From NCBI GenBank assembly GCA_003661745.1, contig QMWS01000002.1, forward strand, positions 1 through 41,753: a stretch of 41,753 bases of DNA. The letters are read 5' to 3'. A program made the translations under genes and the position numbers. Below the pieces are notes generated by a model. That model was not told where the DNA came from. It did not search any database and worked only from the letters and a program-made list of their open reading frames with translations. This DNA comes from Thermoprotei archaeon. GTDB taxonomy: Archaea; Thermoproteota; Thermoprotei_A; Sulfolobales; NBVN01. Below are positions 18,552 through 26,788 of the stretch, piece after piece (position 1 is the stretch's first letter; the number at the start of each line of letters is the position of its first letter).

Positions 18552-20683
18552 TAAGGCACTCCCAGTAACTGCTTCACTATGGACGTCACCACTTCGGTCG
18601 CTACTGGAGTCATCTTCTTCACCAGCTGGCGCTTGAAATTCGGGTCATCCGCCGCGGTCAACACTCCGGTCTTCATCGAGTCTCCGATAGCGCTCCCAGA
18701 TGTGATCCAATCGTATCCCTCGATCTTCTCAGACAGGCCCTCTGCGATGTCCACTCCGGCATCGATCAGCGGCTGGCCGAACGCCTGAATCGCGAGGGGA
18801 GACATTGGCCCAAGGCCCATTTGGGACAATTGGCCTTGAACCGTCGTCATGATGTTCTCCCAATTGACCTTTGTGGTCATGGCCTCTTCGACGCTCCGGG
18901 CCAGGGCCTCCATGTTGATCGCCTCGGGATGCATCCCCATCTGCCACTCTTTCAGGAACTGCGCCGACGCCCGCTGGATCTCCCCGGGCTGCATTTCCGG
19001 CGTGATCCCTACCGTCGCGGCGTACTCCTCCCACCAACCTTCCTTCATGGCATTGGCCACGGCCTGGCCCGCGTCACCCAGGAAGCTCGCCGCCCGCCTG
19101 GCCATCTCGTCCCAGGTCTCCTCGCGCCCCAGGATCTCCTCAATCTGCTCGCTGAAGTCACCAGTGGTGGGCTGCATGATCGATTCTATGGCAGATTGAT
19201 ACGAGGAAAGGTACGACTCCCAGGCAGACTCCATTGCACTGAGCGCGCTCGCAGACCTACTCGCCATCTCATTCTGCGCGTCGCTGAATTGCGACGTGAC
19301 TTCCGTGTACTCTCTCCCCGCCCAGCGCCAGAGTGCGGCGACGTAGTCGAGTGTCCCCGCCCAACCCGCTTCGAACTCCTGCCGCCACGGCTTGTCAGTG
19401 CCAGCCACTGCCTTCTGGTACGATATGTACGCGCCCCGGATATCCGCGAGGCCCTCAATCGTGGCGTCGAAGTGTCCGCGCAGGCGGGAGAGTGCCCGCC
19501 CTAGTTGGGCGACGTCAACCGACGCCGCAGACATCGCGTCACCAACATCCTCTGTAGCGAACCGCAGTCTCTGTGCGGTGTTGATCATGTGTTCCTGCTC
19601 ACGCTTAGTGAGTAGCTGCTGCCTTCTCAAGTCCGCGAGTGCCTTACCGGCCTCGGCGGACACCTGGCCCACCCGCATGTGCATGCGCGTCCACTGCTCT
19701 GCTGAGAGGATCGTCAGGTCTGTGGCCCTGGCCATGCGGAGCATGGCCTCAGCATTTTCCTGCGGATATGCACCGAATGCTCTGAGAATGTCCGTTATGG
19801 CACTGAGGGGACTCCGAATGTCGGTTCCGAACTTAAGCATCGTAGTGAATGCCTCAGTCTGCGCCTCCGCCCACTCGTCCGTCCCCTTTGTCGCCCCGCG
19901 GAGGAACTCCGCGATTACTCCGGCAAGGGTGTCTATCGTCGGCGCGGCATCGCGCCGCATCTGATTCGTGAGATTCCCGACAGCCGCGCGCAGCTGCGCG
20001 ATCCCGCCCCCAGCGGTGCGTGCCGCGGTGTCCAGGGCTCCGAACTTGCTGATCGCGTCCGCAGTGACGGCGTTAAATAGCGCCTGTTGCTGCTCGGCCT
20101 TGGTCATCTCATCCACGGCCTTCCCCAGCGCCCGCGCGTGCGTCTCGTATGCCTCGGAAAGCTTCACGGTGAATCCGAGGTTGTCCAGGATCATTGGCGA
20201 GAGGCGGCCCAGGCCGACGACCAGGCTGTCCAGCAGGTACTGGAAATCGCCCATACCAGCCGCTGCGGCACGCTGCGCTATGGCGATGAGTTGCGGCATC
20301 TTGGACGCCATCTCCGAGCCCATCAGGAGATACGCCCGATTGTATTGCTGCATGAGCTGGACTTCGGTCAGCATCCCCTGAGATGCCGCCTGCATGGCGC
20401 TCAGGGCCGCCTCCCCGGACGTCCCCGCTGACCGCGCGAAGCGATCGAATGATCGCTCCAGATTTATCATCTGCGAGCCTACTTCGCCTAGCTCCAGGGC
20501 CTCGCCTATTAACTTCCCCGCGGTATAGAACGCCCCGACCAGCCCCCCAACGCCAAGCAGCCGCTTGCCCGTGGTGACAAACGACTGCAACGACTCCTCG
20601 CCCTTCGTGAGTCCGCGGTCTAACTCCCGATTGTCAGCGCTGATGCGGACGAGTAGGCGCGCAACTTCTCCTACAAGGGCCAC
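18551..20683 (-). CDS. Tape measure protein
   Basis: N-terminal LLVRISADN, Ala-rich helical composition, GLGRLSPMILDNLG; follows the tail chaperones. Confidence 0.85.
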   Translation of the reverse strand: MALVGEVARLLVRISADNRELDRGLTKGEESLQSFVTTGKRLLGVGGLVGAFYTAGKLIGEALELGEVGSQMINLERSFDRFARSAGTSGEAALSAMQAASQGMLTEVQLMQQYNRAYLLMGSEMASKMPQLIAIAQRAAAAGMGDFQYLLDSLVVGLGRLSPMILDNLGFTVKLSEAYETHARALGKAVDEMTKAEQQQALFNAVTADAISKFGALDTAARTAGGGIAQLRAAVGNLTNQMRRDAAPTIDTLAGVIAEFLRGATKGTDEWAEAQTEAFTTMLKFGTDIRSPLSAITDILRAFGAYPQENAEAMLRMARATDLTILSAEQWTRMHMRVGQVSAEAGKALADLRRQQLLTKREQEHMINTAQRLRFATEDVGDAMSAASVDVAQLGRALSRLRGHFDATIEGLADIRGAYISYQKAVAGTDKPWRQEFEAGWAGTLDYVAALWRWAGREYTEVTSQFSDAQNEMASRSASALSAMESAWESYLSSYQSAIESIMQPTTGDFSEQIEEILGREETWDEMARRAASFLGDAGQAVANAMKEGWWEEYAATVGITPEMQPGEIQRASAQFLKEWQMGMHPEAINMEALARSVEEAMTTKVNWENIMTTVQGQLSQMGLGPMSPLAIQAFGQPLIDAGVDIAEGLSEKIEGYDWITSGSAIGDSMKTGVLTAADDPNFKRQLVKKMTPVATEVVTSIVKQLLGVP

Positions 20684-20886
20684 TAACGTCTCCTCAATTC
20701 ACTCTTCGCCTTCTCGATCAGTTCTTGCTCGGTCTCCTCCCTGTCGCGCAGCGCTTTGCGGTAGCGATAAAACCCTATCCACCGCACGAATTCAGGCATG
20801 TCCATACTCCGCTCGAGCTGCGCCACGGTCATGTGCAGATTCTCTGCCAGCTGATACGTGGCGAAGAGGATGCTATCCTTCGCGAA
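20683..20886 (-). CDS. Tail assembly chaperone frameshift extension (gpT-like)
   Basis: Not in the ORF track. FAKDSILFATYQLAENLHMTVAQLERSMDMPEFVRWIGFYRYRK...RRR* fills the gap to the tape measure, with a TAGTG overlap and no strong RBS of its own. Confidence 0.7.
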   Translation of the reverse strand, partial: FAKDSILFATYQLAENLHMTVAQLERSMDMPEFVRWIGFYRYRKALRDREETEQELIEKAKSELRRR

Positions 20887-21247
20887 ACGACTGCTCCGCT
20901 TCTTTCACTGCCTCGACAGTCACCTGGCCGTAGGTGTTCATCCCGGACAGCGCCCAGACCCTGTTCAGCAGCTGCTGGACAGGGCCCCAGACCTTCTCTC
21001 GCAACTCCTGCGCCTGCTCCAGGGTCAGCTCAGGCTCTGCCAGGCCGTACTTCAGCGCCAGCGCTTCCATGCGCTCGGGATTGATCTCCCCAGATTCGTC
21101 CTGCGCCTCTCGAAGCATCTTCGTATGATCCGCTTTGCTGAACGCGCGGATCTTGACGAGTCCGAGCCCAGGCAGATCCACGATCTCCGTTACCGCGTCT
21201 GCCCTCGGCGCGGCGAGCAGCTCCTCAGCAGTTAGGAACTTCGTCAT
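20873..21247 (-). CDS. Tail assembly chaperone (gpG-like)
   Basis: 124 aa between tail tube and tape measure; VKIRAFS and EPELT patterns. Confidence 0.75.
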   Translation of the reverse strand: MTKFLTAEELLAAPRADAVTEIVDLPGLGLVKIRAFSKADHTKMLREAQDESGEINPERMEALALKYGLAEPELTLEQAQELREKVWGPVQQLLNRVWALSGMNTYGQVTVEAVKEAEQSFREG

Positions 21248-21642
21248 GAGACAGTGCCTCGCGTTACCGCGCCGTCGCTCACGATATCGAAACTGTACTT
21301 CACCGCATCAGCACCAGCAGGGCCTGGTCTGAATGAGGTGATACGGCAGTTCCCGCTGAATTTGACCTTGCCTGACGAGTTGCCCTGAGGATAGTACGTC
21401 CACGCCACTGCCGAGTCGCCGTCCCACGCGCTCCAGACAGCATCGTCCAGCGTCGGATCGTAGTCGCCACTGACCGAAATGCTGGCCATCTTGTGTCCCG
21501 CGAGCCGCTGTACCCACGCGGAGCCAAGGATCCTCAAATCCGCGATCTCACGCTCGAACGTCGGGTCGATGCTCTCGATATAGTCGAGGATGCTCACTCC
21601 CGCCAGTTCGAAATCGGCATCAATGCCGTGCCCAAAAGCCAT
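21244..21642 (-). CDS. Tail tube (major tail) protein
   Basis: ISVSGDYDP, YYPQGNSSGKVKFSGNCRITSF and YSFDIVSDGAVT; directly upstream of the chaperone. Confidence 0.75.
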   Translation of the reverse strand: MAFGHGIDADFELAGVSILDYIESIDPTFEREIADLRILGSAWVQRLAGHKMASISVSGDYDPTLDDAVWSAWDGDSAVAWTYYPQGNSSGKVKFSGNCRITSFRPGPAGADAVKYSFDIVSDGAVTRGTVS

Positions 21643-21649
21643 CCCTTAC

Positions 21650-22372
21650 CTACCTCCTGCCAAATGCTATGAAGAATGTTGCAGCACTTCCCAACGACAG
21701 CGTCCACGCCGCGCGAATATAGCGCTCGACTGCCGTCTCTGCTGCCACAACCTTCTGTTCACTTGTCTCAGATGTTACGTCAGAGAACGCGACCAGGTCG
21801 CTCCAATCGCTTCCGTTGTCGCTATGCTGAATCTTCGCGGACAGCGTCGCGCCTCCATCTAGCGCTGTCACGATAAGATACGCGCCGCCGCCGTTGGCGG
21901 ATGCGCTTCCGCTATCCACGGTACTTCCTGCGTCCTCGCTACCAGTCCCCGTCTCCTCGCCGAGCGTATGCAAGATCTCCGCCCTGTCCGCGGACGTTGA
22001 GCCGATGACGGTCACGGGCATACGCACTGCATCGTCTCCTGCGGTTATGCTCTCCGAACTCACCAGGTTGACGCTGCAATACGCCACGCCGCCCAACGAA
22101 TCCCCCTGCGGCAGATATGCGAACACCCGCCCCGTGACGCCGTCGAAGATAGACCATACGCTCGGCCCGATGGCGCCCGCCGACGGGTCGTGTACCCCCG
22201 CCAGGGCGATGGTAATCGCCTTGCGACCCGCGACCCGCTGCACCCACGGCGTCGCGAGGACGCGGATATCCGCGATATCGCGCTCGAACGTCGGATCTAC
22301 GCTCTCGACGTATTGCGACAGGTCTACCGTGTGATAATAGACCTTGCTGCTTATTCCGTGGCCAAAGCTCAT
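21650..22372 (-). CDS. Tail tube protein paralog with C-terminal beta-rich extension
   Basis: N-terminal half aligns by eye with 21244-21642 (FGHGI, Y.ES.DPTFER.IAD.R.L, WVQR.AG.K, Y.PQG.S.G). Confidence 0.65.
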   Translation of the reverse strand: MSFGHGISSKVYYHTVDLSQYVESVDPTFERDIADIRVLATPWVQRVAGRKAITIALAGVHDPSAGAIGPSVWSIFDGVTGRVFAYLPQGDSLGGVAYCSVNLVSSESITAGDDAVRMPVTVIGSTSADRAEILHTLGEETGTGSEDAGSTVDSGSASANGGGAYLIVTALDGGATLSAKIQHSDNGSDWSDLVAFSDVTSETSEQKVVAAETAVERYIRAAWTLSLGSAATFFIAFGRR

Positions 22373-22773
22373 TCGCTCACCTCAATCGCAAAATCTGCGA
22401 TCACATGCTGATAAACGACTCCCGAATCGTTCTCTACGAACTCGAAGCTGCCGCGCCTCTCCGCGAACCAGAAGGCGCCGTCGGCGACGGCCAGATCTTG
22501 TCTCGTCAGCAGCGTGTCAACTCTGGCCATCGCCTGGTCTGCCGTCTCCTTGCTGAGGCCCTCGTCAACGCACCGAATTTGATAGTGGTACCCTACAACC
22601 AGCCTGGTTCCAAGCGTGTACGAGTCCGTGCTGCTGATCAGGTTGATCACGATGTATGGCAACACAGCGTCGTCTGGAGCTATGCCGCGATAGACGCCGT
22701 TCACCAGGTTCATGAGTTCGGTGTCGCTGGTCAGCTTGTTGTATAGCGCCGTCTCAACTGCGAACGCCGTCAT
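22369..22773 (-). CDS. Tail terminator / DUF3168-like protein
   Basis: ALYNKL..D..L..LV.GVY..AP....PYIVI pattern; synteny. Confidence 0.75.
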   Translation of the reverse strand: MTAFAVETALYNKLTSDTELMNLVNGVYRGIAPDDAVLPYIVINLISSTDSYTLGTRLVVGYHYQIRCVDEGLSKETADQAMARVDTLLTRQDLAVADGAFWFAERRGSFEFVENDSGVVYQHVIADFAIEVSE

Positions 22774-23192
22774 CGCACTACGGCCTTGAACGCTTTTCCG
22801 AAGATGCCCGCGATCTTCTTGCTCGTCTGCTCTATCGCAGGCCGCAGGAACGGCCTCGGGGCCATCTTCCTCGTTCCGAGCTCAAGATACGCGCCGTATT
22901 CCACGCCGATGATATCGTATTGCAACTTCCCAGACCTCTCGGCCTTCAAACTCGCCGCCAGGGTGCCAGTGTCCGTGGCAGGCGCCTCGCCTGGTGCCGA
23001 TGCGATGTGCACGATCCCACGGTGGCGATACTCGCGCCCGGTCTTCGGCGGGTAATGGATGCGTCGCACCGCGTCCGCGATGATCATCTCGGCGATGATG
23101 TACAGGATCTTCCCCATTTCCACTGGCAACGCCGCGCGCGCCTTCGGGAAATGATCATACTCTACCTCAATCGCCAGTCCCTTGCCGACCAC
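22770..23192 (-). CDS. HK97 gp10-like tail completion protein
   Basis: ASAPGEAPATDTGTLAAS and YGAYLELGTRKMAPRPFLRPA; GTG at 23192 follows AGGAGG. Confidence 0.85.
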   Translation of the reverse strand: MVGKGLAIEVEYDHFPKARAALPVEMGKILYIIAEMIIADAVRRIHYPPKTGREYRHRGIVHIASAPGEAPATDTGTLAASLKAERSGKLQYDIIGVEYGAYLELGTRKMAPRPFLRPAIEQTSKKIAGIFGKAFKAVVR

Positions 23193-23200
23193 GACGCCTC

Positions 23201-23560
23201 CTACTCTACCAGCGCGACGATGACCCTGCGCGCCGTCGCCCACGCGCCGCCGGAGACCATGCCGACGACCTCATATGTGCTCCCGGATAATTCTACCCTG
23301 TCCTGCGCGGAGATATCCTCGTCAGCCTCCAGCGTGAGCACCCACACGGTCTTCCCCTGCATCTGCTCGGCGATCACGCGCTCCTCTGGCCTGCGCGCGC
23401 TCGCGATGCGACACGCGACGTCCGTCGCGATGACGCTCCACGCTTCCGTGTATCCGCCCGCGCCGTCGCTCGTCAACGACTTGCGCTTTATCGTGCACGT
23501 GCTCGGAAGCGCTTCCTCCTGCACCGAGCGCATTGACAGGATTTCCGCTTCAGTAAGCAT
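23201..23560 (-). CDS. Head closure / head-tail adaptor protein
   Basis: SDGAGGYTEAW and DI...DRV..G.TYEV pattern; synteny. Confidence 0.75.
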   Translation of the reverse strand: MLTEAEILSMRSVQEEALPSTCTIKRKSLTSDGAGGYTEAWSVIATDVACRIASARRPEERVIAEQMQGKTVWVLTLEADEDISAQDRVELSGSTYEVVGMVSGGAWATARRVIVALVE

Positions 23561-23778
23561 TAGCTCCTTATCCCCAGATATGCAGCCACCGCTGCCAGGA
23601 CTGTTGACAAGCTCCCCTGGAGCACCGTGCTGACCGTCTGCCGCTCTTTAATCCTGACGATCTCGCGATCGTGCTCCCGGACGGATCCGTTTATCACCGC
23701 GAGCCTGTCGTTGATTTCGTGCAGACTCTGATGGATCATATCCAAGCGCGCGTCCAAGGACTCCAATGTGACCTGCAT
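23560..23778 (-). CDS. Small coiled-coil protein with C-terminal hydrophobic segment (lysis accessory-like)
   Basis: Heptad-like N-terminus and hydrophobic C-terminus; adjacent to the holin-like gene. Confidence 0.55.
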   Translation of the reverse strand: MQVTLESLDARLDMIHQSLHEINDRLAVINGSVREHDREIVRIKERQTVSTVLQGSLSTVLAAVAAYLGIRS

Positions 23779-23779
23779 G

Positions 23780-24037
23780 CTATTTCCTCGCTACCGTCCT
23801 CCCGCCTGAGTACAGCCCGCTTGCCGATAGACCGGACAGTAGTCCGAGGAGCTCTACCTGCAACCAGGGCCCCAGGTCGGGCTGGCTCAGCTTAGCCAGC
23901 GTCGCCAGGACGATGCCGAGCGCAGCCGCCAGCGGGGCCGCCCAGCGATTCGGGAGGCCGAAGCTACGCTTCGACATTTCCACCAATGCGATGATCACGC
24001 CCGCTGCCGGAATTCCGTATATCACTAAGCTATCCAT
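23780..24037 (-). CDS. Putative holin
   Basis: 85 aa with 2-3 hydrophobic segments, GLLSGLSASGLYSG motif and basic C-terminus. Confidence 0.75.
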   Translation of the reverse strand: MDSLVIYGIPAAGVIIALVEMSKRSFGLPNRWAAPLAAALGIVLATLAKLSQPDLGPWLQVELLGLLSGLSASGLYSGGRTVARK

Positions 24038-24236
24038 TAGCCACCACCAGTCTCTCTGTCTCTGTCACGTACTCGATGGGATCCCAGGCATTGTCGCTGA
24101 CGAGCGGCTTCACAGACTCATAGAGTTCGTCGTACGCCGACGCCGAGCCCGCCAGCGCCTTCCAGCGCTCTAGCGCCGCGCGCTCCCTACTCTGCGCCTG
24201 CTCGCGGAATAGCTCCGCACGCTCTTCCTCAGTCAC
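24030..24236 (-). CDS. Hypothetical protein
   Basis: 68-aa ORF tightly packed between neighbours, with GGAGG upstream. Confidence 0.55.
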   Translation of the reverse strand: MTEEERAELFREQAQSRERAALERWKALAGSASAYDELYESVKPLVSDNAWDPIEYVTETERLVVANG

Positions 24237-24590
24237 CTACGCCTCCGTGGCCAGCGGGCCAGGAAGTTCGACATTGCTCGTGATCCTTCTGCTGTATTGT
24301 CGCGCCATGCGTTCGCAATGCTCAGTTATCTGAGAACGGTCGAATGACGCACCGTCCGCAGTAAAGTCGAAGCGCGAGGCGGCCTTGGCTGCCTTCCAGC
24401 GCCAGCCCTCTGCCGCCCCGCGGTTCAAGTCCCAGGTGGGCTCCCAGTCCTCATCGTCCGGAGCCCGCCCGTCCGCGTCCATTACCTTGCACATCGAGAG
24501 GAGATCGTCCAGTTCCTCGGCGGTCAGCTCAGGATCATTCGAGGACGCAGTCATCCGACTAAGCCTCACCAAAGCCTCCGCCTCGGTCAT
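24237..24590 (-). CDS. Head-tail connector / adaptor protein
   Basis: First gene after the capsid; P.LT.EELD.LL, DLN..AAEGW..KA and F.ADG.SF.RSQ. Confidence 0.7.
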   Translation of the reverse strand: MTEAEALVRLSRMTASSNDPELTAEELDDLLSMCKVMDADGRAPDDEDWEPTWDLNRGAAEGWRWKAAKAASRFDFTADGASFDRSQITEHCERMARQYSRRITSNVELPGPLATEA

Positions 24591-24591
24591 G

Positions 24592-25545
24592 CTATGACCC
24601 CTCTTCAGTTAGCAGGACGCCGAACGGATAGCGCTCCGACTCGTCCTCTTCCATGCGATTGATCGGGTTGGGAACCTGCCATGCGATCCGCATGACCGCC
24701 CGCAACGCCACCATATCCTGTTGCGGCAGGTTGTAGACGATGTTCCCGTCCGCATCCTGGATCACTGCCTCAGTCAGCACCTTGTAACTGATGTCCTGCC
24801 TGAGCGCATAGATCATTTGCGACCAATCGCCGCAGATGAGCATCGCGTTCTGCCCGTTGAAGACGCCGTTACGCGGGAACTCGACCGGCTCACCGTCGAG
24901 TTCGTAGCGGTTCCTCTCCTGGACGTTCCTGGAGAAGATCAGCTGCCCGTCAGTCGCGCGCAGTCCCCGCAGGATCCCGCGCATCGAGACGTCCGCGATG
25001 TGACCGGTGATGAAGTACCCGTCCGCCTCGACCAGGCTCACGACTCCGTTCTCAGAGAGAAGGTCGTCGTAGATGTCCGGATTGGTTCCGTAGACTACGC
25101 TGTTACCAGCGGCTACAGCCGCCGTCACGACGTCAGTCGGCCAGGTCGCAGGTGCGTTCGTGCCGAACAGGACGGCCATGTCAAACACCCTGCCCATGGC
25201 CTCAACGATCCGCGGGCGGATCTCGCCCCACACGTCGTAGTCCTGGTCGTCGAGCACAGCCTCCGGAATCGGGACGATGCACGCGAGCTCCTCGGCGTTG
25301 AGATACTTGTTCTCCCACGCCTGCTCGGTGGTCTGCTTCAGGCCGATATCACCAGATACGAAGTACGCCGTTGGCAGCGCACTTAGCACTGGGATGCTCC
25401 GCTGCGCCCTCGGCATGTCCGGCGCGCGGGTGGCCAGGCGCATCACCGCACTCGACTCGGTGACGCCCTGTACGATCTCACGGCTGGTATCCGGTGGGAT
25501 GAGCGCAGCCGCATCACTCCTGCTTATAAGCGAATTGTACGCCAT
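24592..25545 (-). CDS. Major capsid protein (HK97 fold)
   Basis: ALIP, AYFV, ELACIVPIPE.VLDD, FD.AVLFG, ICGDWS and NL.QQDMVALRAVMR. Confidence 0.93.
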   Translation of the reverse strand: MAYNSLISRSDAAALIPPDTSREIVQGVTESSAVMRLATRAPDMPRAQRSIPVLSALPTAYFVSGDIGLKQTTEQAWENKYLNAEELACIVPIPEAVLDDQDYDVWGEIRPRIVEAMGRVFDMAVLFGTNAPATWPTDVVTAAVAAGNSVVYGTNPDIYDDLLSENGVVSLVEADGYFITGHIADVSMRGILRGLRATDGQLIFSRNVQERNRYELDGEPVEFPRNGVFNGQNAMLICGDWSQMIYALRQDISYKVLTEAVIQDADGNIVYNLPQQDMVALRAVMRIAWQVPNPINRMEEDESERYPFGVLLTEEGS

Positions 25546-25555
25546 TTATCCTCTC

Positions 25556-26131
25556 CTACCTTCCTGCTGCTCGTCTGATAAAGTCGTTCATTCCGCCGGA
25601 CACTGGTGGCGTCTCGTTCCCAGCGGAGCCGTCCGCTGAACCAGTCGTCGTGCGGAAGAGATCTGGATAGCGCTTCTTCAATGTCTTGAAGTCGTGATCG
25701 CTGACTTCCCCGTCGTCGTAGCTCCCGAGGAGGCCATCTGCCTGCGCAGCTAGATATGCGAGTTGCAGATTCGTCACTCCCTCTCGGAGTGCCTTCTCGA
25801 CGAAGTCCGCGCGCACCTCAGCCGCGGCCACCCTGGCCTCGGCATCGAGCGCCTTGCGCTCCTCCTCAGCCAGCCTGCTGGACAGTTTCTCGAGCTCGGT
25901 CTTCCCCGCTTCCTCGCGCTCCCGCTTGATCTCGTCGAGCTCGCGCTTAAGCGCCTTGGCCTGCTTCTCGAACTGTCGCAGTTTGCGGATAGTCGCTAAC
26001 GCGCGCTCCTTGTCGAAGTCCTCCCCGTCGTCCCCCTGGTCGTCAGACGCCTGGTCTGCCGCCGTGGGCTCCGCGTCGTCGGGTTCCACTACCTGAGTGG
26101 CGTCATCGTTCACATTGTCATCCGGTGGCAT
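25556..26131 (-). CDS. Capsid scaffolding protein
   Basis: Acidic N-terminus, coiled coil, KTELEK, YPDLF and C-terminal MNDFIRRAAGR; directly upstream of the capsid gene; ATG at 26131 follows GGAGG. Confidence 0.8.
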   Translation of the reverse strand: MPPDDNVNDDATQVVEPDDAEPTAADQASDDQGDDGEDFDKERALATIRKLRQFEKQAKALKRELDEIKREREEAGKTELEKLSSRLAEEERKALDAEARVAAAEVRADFVEKALREGVTNLQLAYLAAQADGLLGSYDDGEVSDHDFKTLKKRYPDLFRTTTGSADGSAGNETPPVSGGMNDFIRRAAGR

Positions 26132-26173
26132 CTCGCCTCCCAATTAAGCCCGCGCACCTGTCGCGGCATGTGT

Positions 26174-26497
26174 TTATAGTCTCGCCAGCCTCCGAACCGC
26201 CTCTGGCGGCTCTTCGTCCAGCTCTCTGTACAACCTGATAAGCTTCCGTGCGGCCTTCCGCTTCTCAGCCGCCGGTGCATCTACACCGCCTCGCGCTCCC
26301 GCGAGGACACCAGCTGCCGCGTGCACCGCGTTGCGATTCAGCGCGCCGCCTGGCTCGTACACCGGCAGTTTGCAATTGGCCTTCACCTTAGTCTCACCTG
26401 AGGGATTGAGGTCGATGAGGCAGGCTTTGCAGAACGCCGCCGCGCTGCGGTAATCCGCCGCCGTGATCGGCCCCCACGGTTTGTTACTAACAGCCAT
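26174..26497 (-). CDS. Head-morphogenesis-associated hypothetical protein
   Basis: KLPV...AV.AAA..L.GARGGV..P...LY....EEPP, recalled as a domain of phage head-region proteins; GGAGG RBS. Confidence 0.6.
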   Translation of the reverse strand: MAVSNKPWGPITAADYRSAAAFCKACLIDLNPSGETKVKANCKLPVYEPGGALNRNAVHAAAGVLAGARGGVDAPAAEKRKAARKLIRLYRELDEEPPEAVRRLARL

Positions 26498-26539
26498 TTA
26501 TGACCTCCGCAGTAAAAGCCCAGACGGAACCCCAATATC

Positions 26540-26574
26540 AGTCTATCAGCTCCCAGGGGCTTCTGTAAATACCC
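26540..26574 (-). promoter_or_regulatory. Putative sigma70-type promoter for scaffold/capsid genes
   Basis: Minus strand GGGTA-TTTACA-N18-TAGACT with TGn before the -10; intergenic. Confidence 0.5.
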
Positions 26575-26593
26575 GTTGGAAGATGATCGTGCA

Positions 26594-26788
26594 TCACTCC
26601 TCTCCGCTCCGCTCGCGTAGCGTGACCGACCACTCCCCGCGCTCCGCCGCCTCCCGGTCGAAGCGCGTCGGGATCTTCTTCCCGTCCGTCCCAATGTCGC
26701 GCCTAACTCGCTTGATCCAGTCTTCGTTTTCAGGCAACCTGTCCAGGTTGCCGATGAACCTCACCCTCTGCCATTTCCTACGCGCCAA
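26594..26788 (-). CDS. Small basic protein downstream of MuF (candidate immunity protein)
   Basis: 64-aa ORF overlapping the MuF 3' end; role inferred from position only. Confidence 0.45.
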   Translation of the reverse strand: MARRKWQRVRFIGNLDRLPENEDWIKRVRRDIGTDGKKIPTRFDREAAERGEWSVTLRERSGEE

